Virus record (IMG/VR): IMGVR_UViG_3300045838_000006
Span: 1-60,072 of that record
DNA length: 60,072 nucleotides
DNA from: a virus
Lineage: Duplodnaviria; Caudoviricetes
Strand: one strand, 5' to 3'
Of the stretch, positions 46,114 through 54,501 are shown piece after piece. The notes under the pieces were generated by a model. That model was not told the DNA's origin and did no database searches. It saw only the letters and a list, made by a program, of their open reading frames with translations. The translations under genes were made by a program, and so were the position numbers. Within the stretch, counting starts at the first letter, position 1. Each line of letters opens with the position of its first letter.

Positions 46114-47561
46114 TAGGTCCCCAGCCACGCAGTCCCCGGCTGATCCCCCGCCCGAATGACGGGACGAGCCGCTTCGACTCTCGGTTTGAGCCTCGGAGCC
46201 TTCACCACCTCGAGCCCACGCCCTAACAGCGAGCAAACATCAACCCCATCATCGTACCGCCCCGCCGGAAAGCGGGTGAGCTGACCGATCAAATCAGCCC
46301 GGTGCGGCATGTTCTTTTGGATAAACACCTTCCCCATGCTCGCCAGTGCCTGAAACGGCCTGCACCGCGTTGGCTTATCCGATACGCTCGGCAACCACTC
46401 GATGCGGCAGTGAACATTTCGCTCGTTCATGCGTCTCAGCATGTAGGGCTCGACTGACCGCCTGATCGGTCCCGACTCCCCGAACCAACACTGCGGTTTA
46501 TAAGTCCGAACCATATCGCACTGCCGCTCAATCCACCTATCGGCCGCAGTCTGGTCACGCCACCAATCATGGATATAGACATTCGACCATAGATCCACCG
46601 CGAAAATGCCGTGCTCGGTGTAATCTCCCGCGCCCTCCGTCACCGCAAAGTCCGACGCCCCGTAAAAGTGGACATCCTGCGGGAGCTGGTCATACTCGCC
46701 GAACCAATCGAGCTTGAAATAGTCCCCTTCCTCCGCGGCCGGCTGCTGCTGGTAGAGCGCGTTCCACGCTCTTGTATCTCGCTTAGCGTCCTCAACCATT
46801 TCCTCGGTGAACCATTCAGGCCACAATCTCTGCCCAACCTTCCGGCCCAAGGGATCGTTCGGCATCGCCTCCATCGGCAATTCCAGCAGATGCCACCTTC
46901 CCGGCTCCTTTGTGAGCAACCGTCCGGTCAAATCGTCCTCATGCCAGCGTGTCGCGATAACGATCTGGGCGGCTTCCGGCTTTAATCTGGGCCGAAAATC
47001 GTTGACGTACCAATCCCACTTGCGCTGTCTCGACAACTCGCTATCCGCGTCCTGCCGGTTCTTCACCGGATCGTCGATGATCCCCAAATCAGCCCGCCGA
47101 CCCGTGATCGACCCCCCCACACCCGCCGCGTAATACTGCCCGCCTAACTCGGTTTCCCACCGCCCAGCCGCTTGATTATCGGGCGACACTCCTACGCCAA
47201 ACACGTTTCGATGATCGGGCGAACCAAACAGGTTCCTTACCCGTCGCCCAAAACTCTCCGCGAGTTCGTCCGTGTGCGAGGTGGCGATGACCGACCGCCT
47301 TGGATCACGACCCATGTACCACGCCGGGAAGATGCCGCTGGCGTACGTAGACTTCGCACTACCAGGCGGCATGGCCACAAGAAGGCGAGCAATGTCGCCG
47401 CGCTCAACAGCTGCAAGATGGCCCAGCAACAGCCGATGATGCGCCGCAGGACGAATGCCGAGCTCGAGGTAGTCAATGTACCGTTCCAGGCTTGCCTTTG
47501 CCTGTCGCCTCGCCAACAACTCCGTCGCGGCCTGTGCTGGCGATACTGACGAGTTCATCAT
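46113..47561 (-). CDS. terL: Terminase large subunit
   Basis: MPPGSAKS Walker A, GIIDDPVK, ATRWHEDD, ASDFA, YDDGVD. Confidence 0.93.
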   Translation of the reverse strand: MMNSSVSPAQAATELLARRQAKASLERYIDYLELGIRPAAHHRLLLGHLAAVERGDIARLLVAMPPGSAKSTYASGIFPAWYMGRDPRRSVIATSHTDELAESFGRRVRNLFGSPDHRNVFGVGVSPDNQAAGRWETELGGQYYAAGVGGSITGRRADLGIIDDPVKNRQDADSELSRQRKWDWYVNDFRPRLKPEAAQIVIATRWHEDDLTGRLLTKEPGRWHLLELPMEAMPNDPLGRKVGQRLWPEWFTEEMVEDAKRDTRAWNALYQQQPAAEEGDYFKLDWFGEYDQLPQDVHFYGASDFAVTEGAGDYTEHGIFAVDLWSNVYIHDWWRDQTAADRWIERQCDMVRTYKPQCWFGESGPIRRSVEPYMLRRMNERNVHCRIEWLPSVSDKPTRCRPFQALASMGKVFIQKNMPHRADLIGQLTRFPAGRYDDGVDVCSLLGRGLEVVKAPRLKPRVEAARPVIRAGDQPGTAWLGT

Positions 47562-47979
47562 CCGTTAACTCGCGCGCGTCCCGCCTTACCGTGTGATCGT
47601 GCTCCTGCTTCTCCCGCCACTTACCAGATTGCCGATTGCGCAGCCACAGTGACGCCGCAGGCGTATCCGGCGGATAGTGCTCGGTATAGGGCGCATACAC
47701 CGGCTCTAAGGCACCGGCCGGCATGAAGATCTTCACCGCCGGGTGGCTGTAGCCCATCGCCCTCTGGTACAGCCGCTCGGCAACGTTGGCGTCCGCGATC
47801 TCTTTGCCGCGCGTGATGGACTCAAGAAATTCGGGATGTGCTTTCTTCCACGTATTGAGCGTCTGTTCGCTCACCCCGAAGAAATCGGCGAGCTCTTTAT
47901 CCGTCGCGCTTAGCAGACAGAGCTTGTACGACTGCTCTGCATACTCTTTGCGGTATGACGAGGGACGCCCCGCAGGCAC
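47473..47979 (-). CDS. terS: Terminase small subunit
   Basis: GRPSSY..ATDKELADFFGVSEQTLNTWKKAHPEF..LYQRAMGY..PPDT..WLRNR. Confidence 0.9.
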   Translation of the reverse strand: MPAGRPSSYRKEYAEQSYKLCLLSATDKELADFFGVSEQTLNTWKKAHPEFLESITRGKEIADANVAERLYQRAMGYSHPAVKIFMPAGALEPVYAPYTEHYPPDTPAASLWLRNRQSGKWREKQEHDHTVRRDARELTDDELVSIASTGRDGVVGEATGKGKPGTVH

Positions 47980-47991
47980 ATTACCCTACCG

Positions 47992-48192
47992 TCACATCCC
48001 CTTCGGGGCGGGCGCACGCTTATGCAGCGAATCCGGTGTATCGCGACCCAACGTCAGCGGCTCACTCGGGGCCGTCGTCTTGATCGGATAGCGACTCGCC
48101 TGGCCCGGTCGCGAAGAGGTGCCGGCGCGGGTGTTCTGAGAGGCCGAGCCGCCCTTGCTGGGCTTCATCGACGGTGAACCGGAAATCGACAT
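47992..48192 (-). CDS. Small hypothetical protein
   Basis: First ORF of the late operon; has an RBS. Confidence 0.55.
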   Translation of the reverse strand: MSISGSPSMKPSKGGSASQNTRAGTSSRPGQASRYPIKTTAPSEPLTLGRDTPDSLHKRAPAPKGM

Positions 48193-48402
48193 GTCGTAGT
48201 TCCTTGCACGTAAGCAACGCTATAGCTTGTGAGAATGTACCGCTTTTGTGGGCGATTGTCACCTTGTTTTGTCACCAAACAGGTTTGCTGAAAAATCGTA
48301 CTTTGTTACAATTTTCTTCTGGACATAGCGCCGTAGATATGCGACACTCTCATTGTTGGTTCGGTATGGGATCGAACCTCAGAAGTCGGTAAGGAGATCG
48401 AC

Positions 48403-48678
48403 ATGACAACATACTATCCGGAGATGGGCGAGAAAGCTCCGGCCTCGGCTATCGTTCACACCTTCCACGTCATCAACAGCACATGGGCCGCGCGCTGGCT
48501 GCCCGAGAACGATGCCAAGGTCCGCGAGTTGTTCGCCAGCCTGCGCATTCGCCCGCGCCGTTTCGAGCGGTACGAGACGATCCACGGCACGATCAAGTGC
48601 TCCGCCCTCATCACCACGGCCGCCCGCTCCAAGCTCACCCGCTGCGCGTTGGCCGCTAACGAAACGCTGCTCGATTAA
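48403..48678 (+). CDS. Hypothetical protein
   Basis: TAAGGAG RBS; first gene of a counter-oriented island. Confidence 0.7.
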   Translation: MTTYYPEMGEKAPASAIVHTFHVINSTWAARWLPENDAKVRELFASLRIRPRRFERYETIHGTIKCSALITTAARSKLTRCALAANETLLD

Positions 48679-48705
48679 CCGCAGCATAAGGGGAGGATCG
48701 GACCT

Positions 48706-49149
48706 ATGACACGCGACGAGCAAATATTCCGGGGCCTTGTCTCCTACGTGTGGCCGCTGGCGGACGCAGAGGACCGCCAAATTCTTGACCGATGCGGTGA
48801 TGGCGACAGCATGTCGAGTTGGCTGCTCATCGAATTGGCGGGCTACGCGCATCGCGGCGACCTGGCGTCTACCGTCGTGAAATTTGGAACTAGTTTTCCC
48901 GAGGCCATCGCTGAGATCGCTGGCATCGTTGCCGCCAGCTCTCGCCTGTCTGCGGGGTACGACGACAACGCCGCGATAGCAGCCCATGATGCGACTGTGC
49001 GGCGATGCAAATCTATGCCTCCCGCCGATGTGCTACGAGAGCTGAACTGGTCTGAGGGCCGCATTCGCGGTGAACTGCCGATCGCTATGGCCGCGCACGC
49101 TGCTTGGTGGGATGCCAAGACCGCTGCAGAAAGCGAAGAAATCCCGTGA
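48706..49149 (+). CDS. Hypothetical protein
   Basis: GGAGG RBS. Confidence 0.7.
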   Translation: MTRDEQIFRGLVSYVWPLADAEDRQILDRCGDGDSMSSWLLIELAGYAHRGDLASTVVKFGTSFPEAIAEIAGIVAASSRLSAGYDDNAAIAAHDATVRRCKSMPPADVLRELNWSEGRIRGELPIAMAAHAAWWDAKTAAESEEIP

Positions 49150-49406
49150 CCCACCCTACCCCTCGCAGCACCTCCGTCTTGCTCTCCCGTATCGGTGAAT
49201 TCATCATCGGCTATGGCTGGCAATCGGAATTAGCCCGCCGCCTCAATGTCAATACCCGTACCGTTCAGCGATGGTGTTCCGGTGAATATCAGCCCCATTC
49301 GGGACACTGGAACGATATCGCCCAAATGGTCAGAGATCACCGCAATTCACTCGACCAAAAAGCCGCTAACCTATTGAGAGATATTACCAAACTCTCGGCG
49401 GAATAG
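49146..49406 (+). CDS. HTH DNA-binding protein
   Basis: GWQSELARRLNVNTRTVQRWCSG. Confidence 0.8.
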   Translation: MTHPTPRSTSVLLSRIGEFIIGYGWQSELARRLNVNTRTVQRWCSGEYQPHSGHWNDIAQMVRDHRNSLDQKAANLLRDITKLSAE

Positions 49407-49443
49407 CTATTGGATTTGCGAGCGCTTCCGCCTTCGTGTTCCA

Positions 49444-49659
49444 TCACGCGACCCGGCTCAAGGCCCGTTCCGTATCCCCGATGATCAGCAAAGCCCGGAC
49501 GAGCCTGGCATTGGCATCGACCTCAAATCTCGCGATCGGCAATCGTTTCCCATTGGGTGCCGTTTTCGTCGTCACATAGGCGAAGTGCTGGCCCTCGGGA
49601 GTTCGCGTGATCCGAATATCAATCCCCTTCAGATTGATCAGCTCTTCCTCGTCCATCAT
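49444..49659 (-). CDS. Hypothetical protein
   Basis: Coupled ORF. Confidence 0.55.
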   Translation of the reverse strand: MMDEEELINLKGIDIRITRTPEGQHFAYVTTKTAPNGKRLPIARFEVDANARLVRALLIIGDTERALSRVA

Positions 49660-49874
49660 TCTTCCATCCCGAGCTGAGCCCGTGCTGCCAATCGGGCTGC
49701 CTTGCGAATGCGCCGCCAGAATTTGCGCTTCACCCACGACCATTGCCCGGCACGCGAGCCCAATATGCGCCGAGCGCGGCGGCTCGACATATCGCATTCA
49801 TCCCCGCCAACGGGCCGATCCCTTCCAACCGTGCCACCGACGGGGCTTATGAGGCTATGCGAGTTGTCTAACAC
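49656..49874 (-). CDS. Small Arg-rich protein
   Basis: GTG start inside a boundary repeat (MLDN..); GGDECD..SRRARR..KRKFWRRIRK. Confidence 0.55.
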   Translation of the reverse strand: MLDNSHSLISPVGGTVGRDRPVGGDECDMSSRRARRILGSRAGQWSWVKRKFWRRIRKAARLAARAQLGMEE

Positions 49875-49887
49875 CGATTCTTCCCCA

Positions 49888-50370
49888 TCAACTTCCGTCA
49901 AAGCCGAGCTGAGCCCGTGCTTGTGACATCTCTTCGGGCGTCCATTCTCTCGCTTTGACACCAAGGGCTTGCGCTGGTGTCTGAAAACCCTTCAGAGCTT
50001 GTTGCCCAGCTTGGCTATTGCGCCATTCTTCAGCCGCTGCATAGCGAGCCATGTTCCGCGCGATCGCATCGTGCCGGTCGCTCCATGAGGTAAACCCAAC
50101 CGAGCGCGCGTAATGATCCCGCGCCATTGAGGCAACATGCTGATCTCGGGTACGCTCGGCGATCTCTCTCCGCTTCCGTGCAATCGCGGCATCAATGAGC
50201 CCCTGATTGTACCACGCACCATCCGGATCGCACGGCGAGGTCATCTGGACAATGCCGAGATAGACGCACCGAAACGCGTAGACATCAGCGTGCCATTCCC
50301 ATTTTTCGGCCTGCGACAACTGCGAGTACGGGCGGCGGTCCTGTGGGCCTGTCGGGTGTGAATCCGGCAT
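49888..50370 (-). CDS. Hypothetical protein
   Basis: ORF after the replication gene; start uncertain. Confidence 0.5.
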   Translation of the reverse strand: MPDSHPTGPQDRRPYSQLSQAEKWEWHADVYAFRCVYLGIVQMTSPCDPDGAWYNQGLIDAAIARKRREIAERTRDQHVASMARDHYARSVGFTSWSDRHDAIARNMARYAAAEEWRNSQAGQQALKGFQTPAQALGVKAREWTPEEMSQARAQLGFDGS

Positions 50371-51031
50371 CCGATTTTCCTTCTTCGTCAAGCCAGCGCT
50401 GTTGATTGAGCCACGTCGCCGGGTGAGCGATGAATTGCGGTTCAGTATCCGCTTTGGCCGCGGAAAACCGCCTCATACCTTCAACAAGCTCAGCGGCCGA
50501 AGCTAGTTTTCGGGCAACGCGATACGCTTTCCGAGCTGCGCCCTTGCCTATCTTCCGAATGCAAACCGGCCAAAACAGACTTTCAAACTCATGCGCAATC
50601 GCGGCGTCAGCCACAGGTCTACTTCTAGGTTCAATGGACGGTTCTAACTGGTAGGTTCTTGGTGTCGCTTTGGCGGACAGGGGGGTATGCTTCTCCGGTG
50701 ACAGGGCGTATCCCTCCTGAACCACAGGCGTGTCTATCCGGGATACAGGCGGTGTCTTTCCGGTTGACACCATAGACAAACGGTAAACGCAGGATGTTTC
50801 TGAGCCGTCCTCCCGATACCGCCTTTCGCGCGCAATCAACCCAGCCTTTTCAAGTTCGCCTAGGTGTTTGTTGACGCAGGATCGCGTCAGGCCACAAACG
50901 TCCGCCACCTTGGCCTGTGACGGCCAACACACCCCGTCAGCGTTCGCTATGTCTGCTAACACGATTAACACGAGCTTCTTGGTGCTAGGCAAAGATTGCG
51001 CCAACGCCCAGGCCACAGCCTGAATGCTCAC
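50285..51031 (-). CDS. Replication initiator with N-terminal winged HTH
   Basis: KLVLIVLAD..CWPSQAKVA..LEKAGLI; C-terminal FW..RKIGK..HPATWLNQQRW. Confidence 0.85.
   Translation of the reverse strand: MSIQAVAWALAQSLPSTKKLVLIVLADIANADGVCWPSQAKVADVCGLTRSCVNKHLGELEKAGLIARERRYREDGSETSCVYRLSMVSTGKTPPVSRIDTPVVQEGYALSPEKHTPLSAKATPRTYQLEPSIEPRSRPVADAAIAHEFESLFWPVCIRKIGKGAARKAYRVARKLASAAELVEGMRRFSAAKADTEPQFIAHPATWLNQQRWLDEEGKSDAGFTPDRPTGPPPVLAVVAGRKMGMAR
50661..50772. repeat. Iteron-like tandem repeats inside the replication gene (candidate ori)
   Basis: About five degenerate ~22-bp units of the form GGTGTC..GACAGG. Confidence 0.55.
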
Positions 51032-51100
51032 AATGTTCCCCCGAATGTGCAAAAGGTGCAGTCTCAACCTTGTGAAATGTTCCCCCCGAGATACGCTAGG

Positions 51101-51301
51101 TCATGCCGCTATCCTTTCCTCAACGTCCCATTCGTGAGCCAAAAGCCAGCGGACCATCCAGTTCACAACCGGCGTCCAAGCCATTCTTTTCACTAGCCGA
51201 CCGGTCAACGCAAAATAGGCTTCTGTTGGACTCACATCCCTCGCGCGCCAATACCGACGCTGCTCGTCCGCTATTGTCACCGCTTCTGCATACCGCAACA
51301 T
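51101..51301 (-). CDS. Hypothetical protein
   Basis: AGGAG RBS. Confidence 0.55.
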   Translation of the reverse strand: MLRYAEAVTIADEQRRYWRARDVSPTEAYFALTGRLVKRMAWTPVVNWMVRWLLAHEWDVEERIAA

Positions 51302-51379
51302 GAATATACTCCTGAATGTTCTTCACCCTCGCGGGCTATTTAATCCACAAGTGAAGAAACCCGTGGAGATTAACGAACT

Positions 51380-51580
51380 CTATGCCGCCTCCGGCTTCTC
51401 AGAGGGAGGGTGATATTTCCGCTCCCGTAATTCGTACACGCTGGCGAGGGCGCGGGAATCGATGAAGATCCCCCGCGCAATTCTCGATTCCATTTCCGCC
51501 AACCAATCTACCTGTCTCAGGGTGAGACACCGTTCCGGGTGAAGCCAAGGGAGAGATTTACAGGCATATTGCGATGTCAT
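51380..51580 (-). CDS. Hypothetical protein
   Basis: Coupled ORF. Confidence 0.55.
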   Translation of the reverse strand: MTSQYACKSLPWLHPERCLTLRQVDWLAEMESRIARGIFIDSRALASVYELRERKYHPPSEKPEAA

Positions 51581-52785
51581 GCGTTGCTCTTTTCGTCGAA
51601 GGACATTTCGGTGTTCGACCGCTCGCCTCGTTCCATAGGAAGATTCGCTGTGGCGAAAAGCGGCCCAGCATCGCTCTTGCGGTTCCGGTTCTTCACGGTG
51701 ACGGAATGCCGCCCCTCGCCCTCATAGAATGCCAACCGCTCTTTGATGTCGGCGATGTATTGTGCTTCTCGTTCGATCAGAATGCAGTCACGCCCGGTCG
51801 CTAAAGCTGCAACCCCCGTTGTCCCGGAACCTGCAAACGGATCCAACACCAATCCGCCAGGAGGCGTAACCAATGGGACGAGCCACTTCATCAATTCAAC
51901 GGGCTTCACGGTAGGATGACGCGAGCCCCAGCGATCTTCTTTGTCGGCTTTGGCGCTGTAGAAGAAACGAGCCGCAGAGCCGCTGTCACCGTGCGGCGTG
52001 GCGACCTCTTGCTCGCCGAAATTGCCATAAATGCCATTGCTCTTCTTGGGTAGCTTTGGACGCTCGTATAACTGCCCCGGTGCATCCGGAAACCCCTCTA
52101 GCACTTCCTCGCTGCCGTCGTGGCAGATGTTGGCGGGCCAGCGGCCTATATTAGGATCGAGGTCGTGTATTGTTCCGTCGCGAATACCGCCATTATAAAT
52201 GTGCGGCATCTTATTCTTTGAGAGCGATGCGGGGACACCACGATTGGTGCCAATCCGACACTCATCCACCTGTAGCGTTCTCTTGCCTCCTGGCTTATAG
52301 GCCAAGACAATCGGCTCGTAGGCTGGCTTGAGCATGTCCCGGCGTTTCGGGAATCCACTGCCAAATAGCCACATGATGCAGTCTTGAATGATGAACCCGG
52401 CATCCTCGATTGCCGTTGTCAGACGGTGATAGGTCCGCGTTCCCCCAAAGGCGACAAGGAACGCACCGGGCCGCATGACGTTGGCGATCGTGGCCCATGT
52501 CTTAGGCTGAAATGCGATGTCGCCGCCGTCCCACTGTTGCCCCATAAAGCCAGAAGCGAGCCGCTGGTAATGATTGGTCCCGTCGCTATTGCGTGGCCCC
52601 GGAGCGCCGAACGCGCCGCCAAAGCGCTTCGTCATGTCCGTTAAGTGATAGGGCGGATCGGTCACAACCGCATCGACAGTCGGGAGATGCGGGGCGATCG
52701 CTCGACAGTCACCGTGATAAAGCTCGGCGCCGCCAAACCGTGCCACAGCGCAACCCGTGTGAGATCTTGGCTCGTTGTCTAACAC
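51577..52785 (-). CDS. N6-adenine/N4-cytosine DNA methyltransferase (beta class)
   Basis: VTDPPY..HPTVKP..VLDPFAGSGTTG. Confidence 0.93.
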   Translation of the reverse strand: MLDNEPRSHTGCAVARFGGAELYHGDCRAIAPHLPTVDAVVTDPPYHLTDMTKRFGGAFGAPGPRNSDGTNHYQRLASGFMGQQWDGGDIAFQPKTWATIANVMRPGAFLVAFGGTRTYHRLTTAIEDAGFIIQDCIMWLFGSGFPKRRDMLKPAYEPIVLAYKPGGKRTLQVDECRIGTNRGVPASLSKNKMPHIYNGGIRDGTIHDLDPNIGRWPANICHDGSEEVLEGFPDAPGQLYERPKLPKKSNGIYGNFGEQEVATPHGDSGSAARFFYSAKADKEDRWGSRHPTVKPVELMKWLVPLVTPPGGLVLDPFAGSGTTGVAALATGRDCILIEREAQYIADIKERLAFYEGEGRHSVTVKNRNRKSDAGPLFATANLPMERGERSNTEMSFDEKSNA

Positions 52786-52791
52786 CGATTC

Positions 52792-52989
52792 TTATCCCCC
52801 AAATGCCCGATGAAGGGCCGCACACGCGAACATGAAAGCAAATGGCGCAATGGCTAAGAACGCACCCCACACCGTTGCGCGCCAATCACTCTGCATCCAC
52901 CACGGTGAGGGTTCGTTCTTCACAAACGGCGTTGATCCTGTTAGCCGACAATCGGCCTGCATATCCCCTGTCCCTGACTCACTTGCCAT
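52792..52989 (-). CDS. Small membrane protein
   Basis: C-terminal TM segment. Confidence 0.5.
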   Translation of the reverse strand: MASESGTGDMQADCRLTGSTPFVKNEPSPWWMQSDWRATVWGAFLAIAPFAFMFACAALHRAFGG

Positions 52990-53305
52990 GCTCGGCTTGA
53001 TGCAGAAGGTTCAGAAAGTCGTCGGCATAGAGGATGGTCAGCCAGCGGCGTTTCCCGTTCCTCCGGTGAAACACAGCCGGCATAGATCCAACCCGCGCCT
53101 CCCCTGCGGCCTGTTCGATCCAGTCGAAGGGATTGCCCTTTTCAGTGCGCTTGACCTCTATGTGAACATCCGGGAGCCCGACGCAATCAGGACTGTCGCC
53201 GCCGCCTTGGTATTGAACGCCCCGGCGTGCTTCGGTGAACCCGTGCTCGCGACAGAGGGCGGCCACCTCAAGCTCGCCGACCTTCCCTTTGCGCTTACTG
53301 TTCAC
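52979..53305 (-). CDS. PD-(D/E)XK Holliday-junction-resolvase-like protein
   Basis: SKRKGKVGELE..ARRG.QY.GG.DSPD..HIEVKR. Confidence 0.8.
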   Translation of the reverse strand: MNSKRKGKVGELEVAALCREHGFTEARRGVQYQGGGDSPDCVGLPDVHIEVKRTEKGNPFDWIEQAAGEARVGSMPAVFHRRNGKRRWLTILYADDFLNLLHQAEHGK

Positions 53306-53311
53306 CGCTTC

Positions 53312-53923
53312 CTAATCCTCTGCATGATCCACGCTAGACCTAAGGCTATCCACTGAAGGAGATTCTTCACCCTTTCCCCCAAGGTGAATGTTTTTGTCGA
53401 AAGACGGTATCGGTGTTCCAACTGAGGAGCCCGGATTGTCAGGCAACCCGGCTGTGGCGAGGTAGCGGGCGCGTGCCGCAACTTTCGTGCCGCCATCTGA
53501 GCTTGGTCTAACGCCAGTAACCCGCACTAAGAAGTTCCATGCCGGCGGCCGTCCGCGCCCGGTGTAATGCCACAGGTCTTTAACGCGCCTTTCCGTCAAT
53601 TGGCGCTGTTTGAATAAGCGCATCCAAATGGCGTTCTGCACTGCTTGATAAGTTACTGGTAGGGATTTCGCTATTCGCGTCCATGTCCAATTCGCCATTC
53701 GGCGTTGCATCGCCCAATCAATTTCAGCCTCACTCAGTTCAGGAAGCGGCACTCCGCACGACATGCTGAGCAGGCCAATCTGGCCGAGCGAGCCAAGAAC
53801 CCGCTCTATAGCGTCATATGCAAGTCTAGCCTCCGCATCGTTTTCGAAGGTGATCGTCACTACCGGCGGCCCTTTCGGCCGCCGGACCACAGCCCCGGCG
53901 TCAGACAATCTAGGCTGGCTCAT
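53312..53923 (-). CDS. Hypothetical HTH-containing protein (repeat-flanked cassette)
   Basis: WTWTRIAKSLPVTYQAVQN; repeats at both ends. Confidence 0.65.
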   Translation of the reverse strand: MSQPRLSDAGAVVRRPKGPPVVTITFENDAEARLAYDAIERVLGSLGQIGLLSMSCGVPLPELSEAEIDWAMQRRMANWTWTRIAKSLPVTYQAVQNAIWMRLFKQRQLTERRVKDLWHYTGRGRPPAWNFLVRVTGVRPSSDGGTKVAARARYLATAGLPDNPGSSVGTPIPSFDKNIHLGGKGEESPSVDSLRSSVDHAED

Positions 53924-54189
53924 TCGCTTGCCCACTGTGCAAGTATCCGTCTCAGCGCTTTTCTCTCGACGTCTTGGGCATCCATTTCAGCCAAGAGAGC
54001 CCTCGCTAAATCTCGGCGATGTGCCGCCGAGAATCGGCGGTAATAACTCTCGACGGCCCAGCCAATTGGACGGTTCATCACGCGTGCCAAATGCTTCCGG
54101 GTATGCTTCGGGAACACGACCCGTATAGCTGCGGCTTCGTTAATCACGGTTGCCAACACTTTGGGGGGATGCACTCGCGTACCTCGCAA
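53920..54189 (-). CDS. Hypothetical protein, possible DNA-binding
   Basis: Coupled ORF. Confidence 0.5.
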   Translation of the reverse strand: MRGTRVHPPKVLATVINEAAAIRVVFPKHTRKHLARVMNRPIGWAVESYYRRFSAAHRRDLARALLAEMDAQDVERKALRRILAQWASE

Positions 54190-54252
54190 GCCACACTAGG
54201 GGCGTTGCAACTGTTACGGAGTACGTTGGTGAGGGTCAGCGGCAGCACGGTC

Positions 54253-54501
54253 TTACTCCTCCCCCGATAGGGCTGTGCTGTCGCCCTCGCTGATATTTGC
54301 CGCAGGCGCATCGGTGTTCGACGTGTCACCTGGAATACGCACGACGATCGGTGGCGAGAATTTCATGCGGCGGTGCCGATCAATGCCAAGAGCTGGCCGA
54401 AATTCCCATTCGCTCCATTCGGCAACAGTCAGGACGTAAGGCTTGCCGCCGCGCCATCTGATAGACGCAGCGCATTGCTCCTTACTGCGCGGCATGTTCA
54501 C
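54253..54501 (-). CDS. Hypothetical protein
   Basis: C-terminus encoded by a boundary repeat. Confidence 0.5.
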   Translation of the reverse strand: MNMPRSKEQCAASIRWRGGKPYVLTVAEWSEWEFRPALGIDRHRRMKFSPPIVVRIPGDTSNTDAPAANISEGDSTALSGEE

